A stretch of DNA of 64,000 nt from an uncultured Chloroflexia bacterium (GTDB taxonomy: Bacteria > Chloroflexota > Limnocylindria > Limnocylindrales > CSP1-4). How positions within the stretch are numbered: the stretch's first letter is position 1; each line of letters begins with the position of its first letter. Shown here piece after piece: positions 55,850 through 64,000 of this stretch. The stretch spans positions 477,023 to 541,022 of the forward strand of contig CAWIPU010000006.1 of assembly GCA_963838115.1 (NCBI GenBank). The letters are read 5' to 3'. Position numbers and translations under genes: made by a program. Under the pieces are notes generated by a model that saw only the letters and a list, made by a program, of their open reading frames with translations, had not been told where the DNA came from and did no database searches.

Positions 55850-57394
55850 GTGGCAGACACGCACGCACAAGACAACTGGATCAACCCCCGCGACCCCGCC
55901 AAGGCACTGGGGCCGGATGGCGAGCCCGCCCGCAGCCGTCGCGCACCCTTCTACGCTGACGTGCCCGATGCGCAGTGGGACGACTGGCGCTGGCAGCTTT
56001 CCAACCGCGTCAACGACCTGGAGACCTTCGCGCAGATCTTGGAGCTGACCGACAACGAGCGCGAAGGGCTTGGTGCGCCCGACAAGTTCCGCGTGGACAT
56101 CACGCCCTACTTCATCAGCCTCATCGACCCGGCCGACGGAGAGGATCCCATCCGTCGCCAGGTCATGCCGTTGGGCGATGAGCAGCAGGCATTCACGGCC
56201 ATGATGGAGGATTCCCTGCGCGAGGACCAGCACTCGCCAGTGCCGGGCCTGGTGCACCGTTATCCCGACCGCGTGCTGATGCTGGTCACGACCCAGTGTG
56301 CCTCGTATTGTCGTTACTGCACACGCTCCCGGATCGTGGGCGACGCCAGCCAGAACTTCAACACGCGTGACTTCGAGGCGCAGCTGGACTACCTCAGGCG
56401 CACCCCCCAGGTGCGTGATGTGCTGCTCTCGGGTGGCGATCCCCTGACCATGGCCCCCAAGCTGCTGGAACGAGTGCTGCGCGGACTGCGCGAGATCCCG
56501 CACATCGAGATCATCCGACTGGGCACGCGTGTCCCGGTCTTCATGCCGCAGCGCGTGGATGACGACCTCTGCGCGATGCTGGAGAAGTACCACCCGGTGT
56601 GGGTGAACCTCCACTTCAACCATCCCCAGGAGATCACGCCGGAGGTCTCGCGCGCGGTGGACAGGCTGAGCCGGACCGGCATCCCCATCGGCAACCAGTC
56701 GGTGTTGCTGGCGGGCGTGAACGATTGCGTCCACATCCAGCGTGAGCTGGTGCACAGGCTGGTGGAGAACCGCATCCGGCCCTATTACCTCTATCAGTGC
56801 GACCTCGTGGAGGGTGCCGGTCATTTCCGCACGCCGGTGGGCAAGGGCCTGGAGATCATCGAGGGACTGCGCGGCCATACCAGCGGTTACGCCGTGCCCA
56901 CCTACGTGGTCGATGCGCCCGGTGGTGGCGGCAAGATCCCGGTCATGCCCAACTACCTCATCAGCTACTCGGACCACAAAGTGGTGTTGCGCAACTACGA
57001 GGGCTACATCACCACGTACGAGGAGCCCACCGAATACAAGCCCCATGATCGGCGCAGTTGCTCGTATTGCCGCGATCAACGCTCCGAGCCGGGCCAGGGC
57101 GGTGTCCACGCGTTGTTGCAGGGCGATGCCATGTGGATCGAACCGGCAGGTCATGCCCAGATCCATACCCGCGGCAATACCGAGGCACATCGTCTGCAGT
57201 CACCCGCGAAATGGGTGCCCTACGGCGTTGGCGCCATCGAGGGTGGGGCCGCAGCGACGCTGGTGCGTCTCGCTGCCGGAGGGGAGTCGCCTCGCGGCGG
57301 ATCGTTCCTTTCGGACAACTCGTTCCCTCCCGGCGAGGAGCCGCGGCCGCGTGAGGGTGAGCCCACAGGCTCCGCACATGGAGAGCTGCTCTAG
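55850..57394 (+). CDS. kamA: Lysine 2,3-aminomutase (KamA-family radical SAM)
   Basis: CASYCRYCTRS radical-SAM motif in KamA context (LVTTQCASYC, GGDPL, C-terminal Cys cluster). GTG start with a GGAGG RBS. Confidence 0.8.
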   Translation: MADTHAQDNWINPRDPAKALGPDGEPARSRRAPFYADVPDAQWDDWRWQLSNRVNDLETFAQILELTDNEREGLGAPDKFRVDITPYFISLIDPADGEDPIRRQVMPLGDEQQAFTAMMEDSLREDQHSPVPGLVHRYPDRVLMLVTTQCASYCRYCTRSRIVGDASQNFNTRDFEAQLDYLRRTPQVRDVLLSGGDPLTMAPKLLERVLRGLREIPHIEIIRLGTRVPVFMPQRVDDDLCAMLEKYHPVWVNLHFNHPQEITPEVSRAVDRLSRTGIPIGNQSVLLAGVNDCVHIQRELVHRLVENRIRPYYLYQCDLVEGAGHFRTPVGKGLEIIEGLRGHTSGYAVPTYVVDAPGGGGKIPVMPNYLISYSDHKVVLRNYEGYITTYEEPTEYKPHDRRSCSYCRDQRSEPGQGGVHALLQGDAMWIEPAGHAQIHTRGNTEAHRLQSPAKWVPYGVGAIEGGAAATLVRLAAGGESPRGGSFLSDNSFPPGEEPRPREGEPTGSAHGELL

Positions 57395-57399
57395 CGCGC

Positions 57400-57864
57400 A
57401 TGAGCTTCCTCAAGCGCCTGTTCGGAGGAGCCGATGCCGATGGCCAAGTCGGCTCCGGCCAGGATGGGTCCGGCGCGGACGGTCAGACTGCTGGCGATGC
57501 CGAGTGGCGCCGCTCGGCCGAGGCGACCTTCGAGGCACATGCTGACAAGCACCGGGTGACCGTCTGGTTGCGCCTTTATGACCCCAGCTTCGAGACGGTT
57601 CGTGAGCAACAGCGGCTGTTTGCGCTGGAGAACCGCGTCATCCGGACGCTGGACGAGGCCGGCGCCGGCGAACACGACACCAATTCGCTGGAGTCAGGCT
57701 ATCTGGCTCTGCGGCTGATCGGAGATGATGCTGATGCCATCGTCGCGGCGCTGGACCCCTTGCTGGCCGATGCGCCGGAGGGCAGCTACCTCGCTGTGCG
57801 CCGCGGGCCGTTCGGAACCGGTGAGGACCGCATCGACGTGGGCCCCGCATCGGATAGCGCTTGA
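57400..57864 (+). CDS. Hypothetical protein
   Basis: 154-aa ORF 6 nt after kamA. N-terminus MSFLKRLFGG. Confidence 0.45.
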   Translation: MSFLKRLFGGADADGQVGSGQDGSGADGQTAGDAEWRRSAEATFEAHADKHRVTVWLRLYDPSFETVREQQRLFALENRVIRTLDEAGAGEHDTNSLESGYLALRLIGDDADAIVAALDPLLADAPEGSYLAVRRGPFGTGEDRIDVGPASDSA

Positions 57865-57866
57865 CC

Positions 57867-58280
57867 ATGCAGTTGCGCGACACGCCTGGGCTCCCCGATG
57901 CCTCGATCCAGCCGCCCACCGTCGCGACACCCGGCGACCCCTTCAGTCAACTGCGGGTGGTCCACTTGCTGGCCCGCATCCCGCGCGGTGGCAGCGTCCG
58001 CGTTCGGGAAATCGTCGACCAGCTCGATGCCGACTACCTCGACTGGTCCTTCTCGCGTGAGGTCGTCGTCGACACGGTGGTGCAACTCCGAGCCAACTGG
58101 CTCACGGACTACCGCAACGGTGATGGCATCGTGCTGGCCGATGGTCCCTCCGGGCCGGCATTGACGATCGAAGACAGCAGCCGCTTCGATCCCTGGATCG
58201 TGCGCCAAGCTCAGCGACTCCATGAGGCCTGCGAGGCCCAGCTATACACCTTCGCCATCGAAGAGGGCGGTGCCGCCTGA
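57867..58280 (+). CDS. Hypothetical protein
   Basis: Closely spaced behind the previous ORF. Confidence 0.4.
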   Translation: MQLRDTPGLPDASIQPPTVATPGDPFSQLRVVHLLARIPRGGSVRVREIVDQLDADYLDWSFSREVVVDTVVQLRANWLTDYRNGDGIVLADGPSGPALTIEDSSRFDPWIVRQAQRLHEACEAQLYTFAIEEGGAA

Positions 58281-59363
58281 CCCTCGCGGCCTCGATTCGC
58301 GGGCGAGATAGATCGCGTCGATGACCGAGATGGAGGCCTCGATCGGTGCGTTCCACAGGTTGGTCAGGAACACCACCGCCAGCCTCGCCTCCGGATCCAC
58401 CCAGATCCGGCCGCCGGAGATGCCGCCGTGGGTGAAGGCCGACTCGGACCCGGGCCAGCCAGGCTGCGGCTTGCGCCATCCGATGGCCTGTCGCACCTCA
58501 CGATCCACGTCTTCGGCCGAAGCGTGGGCCAGGTCGCCGGTCTGGTCGCGTGACATCTCGTCGATGGTCACCTGCGAGAGCACGCGTGGGCCTGGCGCCG
58601 AGGGGTCAGTCGGCAGCAGCGATCGCCCCAAGGCCAACAGGTCCGGCAGCGTGCCGAACATGCCGCCGCCGGGCATCTGGGCCATGGCCAGGAATCGCAG
58701 CAGCACCATCTGCACCAGGCGGTTGTCGACTCCGAAGCCCTGCACAGGAACGACGCGATCTCGGAGCGGGCGGGCGTCAAAGGTCGTGTCGATCATGCCC
58801 AGCGGCTCCGTCAGGCGCATCGCCAGGGCATCCGCGAAGGACGTGCCGCTCAGGCGAGCCATCGTTTCGGCCAGCAGGATGAACGTGACGGAGCAATAAG
58901 CATAGGCGCGACCGGGCTTGGTGAGAGGTTGGCTGGTGTACACGAACTCCAGCGCACGCCCGTAGGTCGGCCGCTCGTGCCGCAGCGATTCGACCGGCAT
59001 GTCCGGCAACCCCGAGGTATGCGTCAACACATGCCAGGCGCTGATGCCTTCGAGCGCGGTGCCGGCCAGTTCGGGCAGGTAGCGCGCGAGGGGCTGGTGC
59101 AGCTGCAACCGACCCTCATCGACATAGCGCATCACGGCGGTGGACACGATGGCCTTGGTGATCGAGGCCAGGAAGAAGACGCTGTCGAGTTCGGGACTGC
59201 CACCGGGACCGCCGACGAAGCGAACGGCCGAACGGCCGGCCGGGTCGATGATGCCGAATGCGGCACAGGGGATGGTGCCATCGGCGACCGCAGCCGCTGC
59301 CACGTCACGCGCCGGATCGAGGTCGATGACGAGGGTGTCGGGTCGTTCGGCAGTCGTCGTCAT
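58242..59363 (-). CDS. Serine hydrolase, beta-lactamase/transpeptidase-like family
   Basis: SITKAIVSTAV (SxxK) motif. Confidence 0.7.
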   Translation of the reverse strand: MTTTAERPDTLVIDLDPARDVAAAAVADGTIPCAAFGIIDPAGRSAVRFVGGPGGSPELDSVFFLASITKAIVSTAVMRYVDEGRLQLHQPLARYLPELAGTALEGISAWHVLTHTSGLPDMPVESLRHERPTYGRALEFVYTSQPLTKPGRAYAYCSVTFILLAETMARLSGTSFADALAMRLTEPLGMIDTTFDARPLRDRVVPVQGFGVDNRLVQMVLLRFLAMAQMPGGGMFGTLPDLLALGRSLLPTDPSAPGPRVLSQVTIDEMSRDQTGDLAHASAEDVDREVRQAIGWRKPQPGWPGSESAFTHGGISGGRIWVDPEARLAVVFLTNLWNAPIEASISVIDAIYLARESRPRGSGGTALFDGEGV

Positions 59364-59371
59364 GTCGGCCG

Positions 59372-59713
59372 ATGATAGGACGCGTGACCCGAGATGCGTA
59401 CATCGCCGCCGTCCGCGCCCTCATCGGTGAAGGCGAGCGCCTGTCTGGGCATCCCTCGCTGGTGGCCCTACAGACCTGGATCGCCGGCTCGGACGAGCTG
59501 CTGCGCAACGCCTGGGGTTCGATGGACCGCTATCACCTCTCATGGCTGATGGTGGGCCGGCCCGCTGATGCCGTTCGCGGGCGTGCCATGACCGCGGACG
59601 AAGAAGCCGCGTACGTTCGTGAGGTGGCCGGCGCCAAGACCGCAGCGCTGCGGATGAGCCTCAAGGCTGTCGAGGATGACGGAATGCCATTCCTGGGTGA
59701 GTCGCCGGCATAG
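59372..59713 (+). CDS. Hypothetical protein
   Basis: 113-aa ORF with typical codon usage. Confidence 0.35.
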   Translation: MIGRVTRDAYIAAVRALIGEGERLSGHPSLVALQTWIAGSDELLRNAWGSMDRYHLSWLMVGRPADAVRGRAMTADEEAAYVREVAGAKTAALRMSLKAVEDDGMPFLGESPA

Positions 59714-59847
59714 GGTCGTCGAGGCGTCGAGTACCAAGCAGCTATTGCTTGTCAGTGCGGGGAGGACTACGGTGCCACTGCCGCGGTCGTGTTACGAAGG
59801 CGGGGGGCGCATGGACCGGCACGCCCGCGGGGCTTCGGGAGGACTCG

Positions 59848-61173
59848 ATGATGATGTCCCAAGCACCGTGGCGGCTCATCCGCCCTCGCCTGGCCACCCT
59901 CGCGGTGTTGCTGGCGACGCTCAGCCTGGCCCTTGCCTCTGTGGCCATGGCTCCAGCGGTATGGGGGGCCAGTGGGCCCCAGGTCATCTCCGGGAGCAAG
60001 ACCCGGGAAGTGCGCATCCCCAGCCCCAAGGCCAAGACGCTGGCGCGCTTGGCGCTGCCCAAGGGGAACTGGTTCGTGACGGCCAAGGCGCAGCTCTCGG
60101 AGGTGGCTGGTTCGAGCGACCACTTTGGTGTGAACTGCAGTCTGAGGGTCGGTTCGCGCTCCGATCGCATCTCCGCGGTTCCGGGGCGCGCCAGTGAGGG
60201 CGGCAACCAGGTGCCGATCTTGCTTACGGTGGCGGGGCGGCTGGGTTCGGCCGGCAAGGCCCGCCTCAGCTGCGTCGGTGAGCATCCCGGCGTCCGCATC
60301 TCCCAGATCCGTATCAATGCCATGCGGGTCGGTCGCCTCACCACGCAGGGCATCGGCCCGGCCGCCAAGACTACTGGCTCGGGCAAACCGCGCGTCTTCT
60401 CCGGCACGCGCGCCTTCGAAGAGGTCAACGGGAATGGCGCCTTCCATTCCGTGACAACCTTGCCGCTGCCCAAGGGCGCCTGGTGGATCGTAGCCAAGGC
60501 GGTCGGTTCGAACTCCTTCGGCGGGGGTATCTTCACCTGCCGCCTCGAGGCTGGGGCGGACTTCGACGAGACCAGCTTCGGGCTTCGCTCTCAGCACTGG
60601 CCCACCGAGACCCTGCCGCTGGCATTGCAGGTGGTGCATCGCTTCGGGTCGACGGGCGTGGCGCAGCTGATGTGCCTGGGGCCCAACGACTTCGACATCT
60701 CAGACATCGTCATCACGGCGGTAAAGGCCGGCAAGCTCACCAACCGCTTCATGGGCAACGGTTCGTCTGGGACGACCGGCTCGGGTTGGCCACGTGTCAT
60801 CTCTGGCTGGCACAACGGCAACCTCACCGTAGCGGTCGGCTCGCAGTACCAGACCATCGCGTCCATGCCGCTACGCAAGGGCAGCTGGATGATCCTTGGC
60901 AAGCTTTGGTACGCGGCTCAGTCGGTGCCGTCGGACTATTTCCGCGCCGTGTGCCGGATGGCATTGAAGTCGGGCAAGGACGTCGATGTGCTCGAGTACA
61001 CCAACAACCCCACGCGCGTGGCGCCTCTGGTCATGAGCCTGGCCCGCAAGGTCAAGCATCCGGCCACGCTGAAGCTGCAGTGCGTGCGCTCGCCGAACGA
61101 CGGCACGAGTGACGGCTACTTCGCCAAGCTCACCGCCGTGAAGGCTGGGTCACTGACCTTCAAGGGGCTCTGA
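59848..61173 (+). CDS. Secreted protein built from three approximately 145-aa internal repeats, each with two conserved Cys
   Basis: Signal peptide MMMSQAPWRLIRPRLATLAVLLATLSLALASVAMA. Repeated pattern R.(I/F)SG...LP.(K/R)G.W...AK...C.........L.C.G..........I.A.K(A/V)G.LT. Confidence 0.6.
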   Translation: MMMSQAPWRLIRPRLATLAVLLATLSLALASVAMAPAVWGASGPQVISGSKTREVRIPSPKAKTLARLALPKGNWFVTAKAQLSEVAGSSDHFGVNCSLRVGSRSDRISAVPGRASEGGNQVPILLTVAGRLGSAGKARLSCVGEHPGVRISQIRINAMRVGRLTTQGIGPAAKTTGSGKPRVFSGTRAFEEVNGNGAFHSVTTLPLPKGAWWIVAKAVGSNSFGGGIFTCRLEAGADFDETSFGLRSQHWPTETLPLALQVVHRFGSTGVAQLMCLGPNDFDISDIVITAVKAGKLTNRFMGNGSSGTTGSGWPRVISGWHNGNLTVAVGSQYQTIASMPLRKGSWMILGKLWYAAQSVPSDYFRAVCRMALKSGKDVDVLEYTNNPTRVAPLVMSLARKVKHPATLKLQCVRSPNDGTSDGYFAKLTAVKAGSLTFKGL

Positions 61174-61726
61174 CGCGCGCCCGGGCGCCGTACAGCGCCG
61201 CCACCACGTATAGCACCAGCCCAGCGACCTGGAGCAGCCCGAGCTGGGGTGTCAGCCAGTCGAGGAACGGCGTGCCCTCGACCCGTTCAAGGAACGTGCG
61301 CGACGAGCCCGGCAGCATCGCCATGGCCAGCAGCCAGGTCAGCAGAAGGCCGCCTACCCAAGCCAGCGCTGCGATCGCAACAGCCAGCAGCAGGTTGGCG
61401 TGGGCCCGGCCAAGGAGCGCCCCGATGGCCCAACCACCCACGACGGCCACGCCCAGCAGGCCGGCGCCGAACTCCAGGATGCCTTTCAGGAGCGCCCAAG
61501 CGAGAGCTGCCAGCGCGGCCATGGCAAGTGCTTCAAGCAAGGCAAGCGGGAGCGACGGCGGCTGTCGACGGCGCCCGCCCGATCGGACTGGGCCCGGCGG
61601 AGGCAGCTGTGTAGGCAACGGAGGCATCCGTGTGCCGGTCGGTCGGCGGTCCCCGGGTCGGATGCCGCCGGGTCGGATGCCGCCGGGTCGGATGCTACCT
61701 GCTTCGGTATCGCCTGCTTCGGCCAT
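61160..61726 (-). CDS. Hypothetical membrane protein with an N-terminal GGIRP x3 repeat
   Basis: 3 x 15-nt tandem repeat (61652-61696), then 3-4 TM helices. Confidence 0.45.
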   Translation of the reverse strand: MAEAGDTEAGSIRPGGIRPGGIRPGDRRPTGTRMPPLPTQLPPPGPVRSGGRRRQPPSLPLALLEALAMAALAALAWALLKGILEFGAGLLGVAVVGGWAIGALLGRAHANLLLAVAIAALAWVGGLLLTWLLAMAMLPGSSRTFLERVEGTPFLDWLTPQLGLLQVAGLVLYVVAALYGARARVRAP

Positions 61727-61780
61727 CCACTAACTCTAGCGGCGCAGCATCGGCTCCAGTCGCTAGACTGATGACTGCTC

Positions 61781-62281
61781 ATGCCACATCCCGCGACCGG
61801 ACTGCCGCCGACTGACGCCACCATCGGTCACCCGACCACGGCGGCGCGACTGCGTGCCGACCGTCGCCTGCCCGAGTCGGCCCTGCAGGCAGCCCTGCGC
61901 ATCGACGACACGCTGCGTGAACGCCACGACGAGCTGATGCTGCGCTGTTTCCTGCGCGACTACGACCGTCATATCGAGCAGCTGGCCCTCGCCATCGAGA
62001 CTGGCGAAGATCGTTTCGTGGTCGTCTACGGCGAGACGCTGGTGCCTATCTATCGGCGGCGCGGTGTGCGCATGAACGACGTCGTCACCCTGCTTCGTGG
62101 TCTGGAAGAGGCCGCGGTGGCGGGCGGCGCTGCCATCGATGCCCCGTCCATCCGGCAGCCGATGGAGGCCTGGGTCGAGCGCATGCGCCACCACCGTCGC
62201 CTGCCCGGTGACCACAAGGGCAACAGCGCCGTGCGGTTCATCTGGAAAGGCGCTGGCCTAGGCGACAATTCGGTCGTCTGA
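61781..62281 (+). CDS. Hypothetical protein co-transcribed with the DUF433 gene
   Basis: Its stop overlaps the DUF433 start (TGATGA). Confidence 0.4.
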   Translation: MPHPATGLPPTDATIGHPTTAARLRADRRLPESALQAALRIDDTLRERHDELMLRCFLRDYDRHIEQLALAIETGEDRFVVVYGETLVPIYRRRGVRMNDVVTLLRGLEEAAVAGGAAIDAPSIRQPMEAWVERMRHHRRLPGDHKGNSAVRFIWKGAGLGDNSVV

Positions 62282-62586
62282 TGACAATCAAGTGGGTCAA
62301 GTCGGACGCGTTGGTGATGAATGGTGAGCCCTTCTGCTACGGCACCCGCCTCACCGTACGCAACCTGCTTGAGATGCGGGGCCATGGCCTCACGCCAACG
62401 GAGATGATGGCCCAGCATCCCGAGCTCAAGCGCGTCGGCATCGCCGAGGCCTTCCGTTTCGCGGCCGAGCACCACGACCGCTATGACGGCTTCTTCGAAG
62501 AAGACGGCTCCATCAGAGGACCCGGCTTCGGCGCCGCTGAAGCTGCCACGCTGCCAGAGCACTTGCGCGACACCAGCAACGCCTAG
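62281..62586 (+). CDS. DUF433 domain protein
   Basis: GEPFCYGTRLTVRNLLEM...GLTPTEMMAQHPELKRVGIAEAFRFAAEH. Confidence 0.6.
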   Translation: MTIKWVKSDALVMNGEPFCYGTRLTVRNLLEMRGHGLTPTEMMAQHPELKRVGIAEAFRFAAEHHDRYDGFFEEDGSIRGPGFGAAEAATLPEHLRDTSNA

Positions 62587-62637
62587 CGCCCACCCATCCG
62601 GGAGTACCGTCCACAGCACGTTCACGGCGGGGTTCGT

Positions 62638-63786
62638 ATGACCAAGACGATCGGCATCCTGACCGCAGGTGGTGACAGTCCCGGGCTCAACGCGGCCATA
62701 CGCGGCGTGGCCAAGACGGCCATCGGTACCTACGGCATGAACGTCCTTGGCTTTCGCGATGGCTTTCGCGGACTCATGGAGAACCGGTCGGTGCCGCTGG
62801 ATCGCTCCCAGCTCTCGGGCATCCTGACCGTCGGTGGCACCATCCTGGGGACAAGTCGCGACAAGCCTCATCGCATGTTGGTCGGGCAGCAGACCCTGGA
62901 CATGAGCGACGTCATCGTCGAGAACTGCCGAAACCATCACCTCGATGCGCTCGTCTGTCTGGGCGGCGGAGGGACGCAGAAGAACGCCTACCGACTGTAC
63001 GAGCGGGGCCTCCCTATCGTTACCCTGCCCAAGACCATCGACAACGACGTCGCCATGACCGATGTCACCTTCGGCTTCGACACCGCGCTGGGCATCGCCA
63101 CCGAGGCCATCGACCGCCTGCACAGCACCGCCCACAGCCACCATCGCATCATCGTGGTCGAGGTGATGGGCCACAACGCCGGCTGGTTGGCCCTTGGGGC
63201 CGGCATCGCCGGGGGTGCGGACGTCATCCTCATCCCCGAGATCCCCTACGACATAGAGGTCGTCGCCGAGGCCATCCGTCAGCGGCATCGCATGGGCAGC
63301 TCGTTCAGCATCGTGGCCGTCTCCGAGGGCGCCATGCCCGTGGAACGTGCCAAGGCCCTCCATAAGGCCGAGGATGCCCTGGCGCAGGCCAGGAAGCGCA
63401 AGCGCAAGGGCCCTGCGCGCGACAAGGGCATCAAGGAGTCTCGCGCGCGTATCGATGAGATCGCCACGCACCTGAGCAATGCCACCCTGGCCTTGTCCGA
63501 CGAGCTTGAGCGGCGCACCAACCTGGAGTCGCGCATCACCATCCTGGGACACCTGCAGCGCGGCGGCACACCCTCGGCGGCGGACCGCTTGCTGGCCACT
63601 CGCCTCGGGGCGGCCTGCGCGCGGACCATCGATGAGGGCGTGTTCGGCGTGATGATCGCGGCCTCGGGTGAAGAGGCCGTCCAGGTGCCGCTCGCCGATG
63701 TCGTGGGCAAACGCAAGACGGTGCCACTCGACCACACCTGGATCCGCACGGCCCGGAGCATCGGGGTGTCACTGGGCGACGCTTGA
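62638..63786 (+). CDS. pfkA: ATP-dependent 6-phosphofructokinase
   Basis: [24 protein letters not shown]-like region, MGHNAGW. Confidence 0.9.
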   Translation: MTKTIGILTAGGDSPGLNAAIRGVAKTAIGTYGMNVLGFRDGFRGLMENRSVPLDRSQLSGILTVGGTILGTSRDKPHRMLVGQQTLDMSDVIVENCRNHHLDALVCLGGGGTQKNAYRLYERGLPIVTLPKTIDNDVAMTDVTFGFDTALGIATEAIDRLHSTAHSHHRIIVVEVMGHNAGWLALGAGIAGGADVILIPEIPYDIEVVAEAIRQRHRMGSSFSIVAVSEGAMPVERAKALHKAEDALAQARKRKRKGPARDKGIKESRARIDEIATHLSNATLALSDELERRTNLESRITILGHLQRGGTPSAADRLLATRLGAACARTIDEGVFGVMIAASGEEAVQVPLADVVGKRKTVPLDHTWIRTARSIGVSLGDA

Positions 63787-63836
63787 GAGAGCGCGAATCA
63801 GGTCCCCTTGGCCCCCGGTGTAGGATTCGCGAACCA

Positions 63837-64000
63837 TGCCAGACCCGACGATGACCAACAATTCCATCGGCCCTACCATCACCTCCACCGAGGAGGCGCC
63901 CGCCATCGATCCCGTTCAGCGCTCCCGTGAGCTGGCCGTTCTTGACGCGTTGCGCTCGGTCGTGGATCCGGAGATCGGCATGAACGTGGTCGAGCTGGCG
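63837..64000 (+). CDS. DUF59/MIP18-family Fe-S cluster assembly protein (SufT-like), 5' fragment
   Basis: VLDALRSVVDPEIGMNVVEL. Confidence 0.55.

Overview
This is a high-GC (about 70%), gene-dense bacterial chromosomal window of roughly 70 features. The content suggests an actinobacterium or similar lineage: an HspR-type heat-shock regulator, an F420-associated DUF385 oxidoreductase, a family-5 uracil-DNA glycosylase and CeoB/CeoC-like TrkA proteins. Most of it is housekeeping (purH 5' fragment, ClpB, Lon, a DnaJ/CbpA-like co-chaperone, Hsp20, two amino-acid ABC importers, DNA polymerase III delta', acylphosphatase, fumarase, Hpt, threonine aldolase, 6-phosphofructokinase, RsmG, tRNA-Arg(CCG) and tRNA-Asp(GUC)). 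I found no CRISPR array, prophage or integrase.

The parts that stand out are:
- a contiguous heat-shock supra-operon on the minus strand (hsp20, hspR, lon, cbpA-like dnaJ, clpB, then a MidA-like methyltransferase and a NUDIX gene);
- a cluster of DnaA-box-like motifs between rsmG and a CsoR-family regulator;
- a NYN (PIN-like) nuclease-domain protein whose arginine/glycine-rich tail ends in four near-identical 31-aa tandem repeats, next to holB;
- an approximately 1120-aa GH13 (alpha-amylase family) protein with long unexplained N- and C-terminal extensions;
- three tandem Flp-type pilin genes (two are shorter than the 60-aa floor of the supplied ORF track; one is frameshifted) with no Tad/Cpa secretion genes in the window, flanked by two paralogous sulfotransferases, a CapA-like protein and a lysine 2,3-aminomutase;
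- a secreted protein made of three approximately 145-aa internal repeats;
- several small hypothetical gene pairs and unexplained intergenic regions.

All functional calls rest on motif and family recognition by eye, not database searches.
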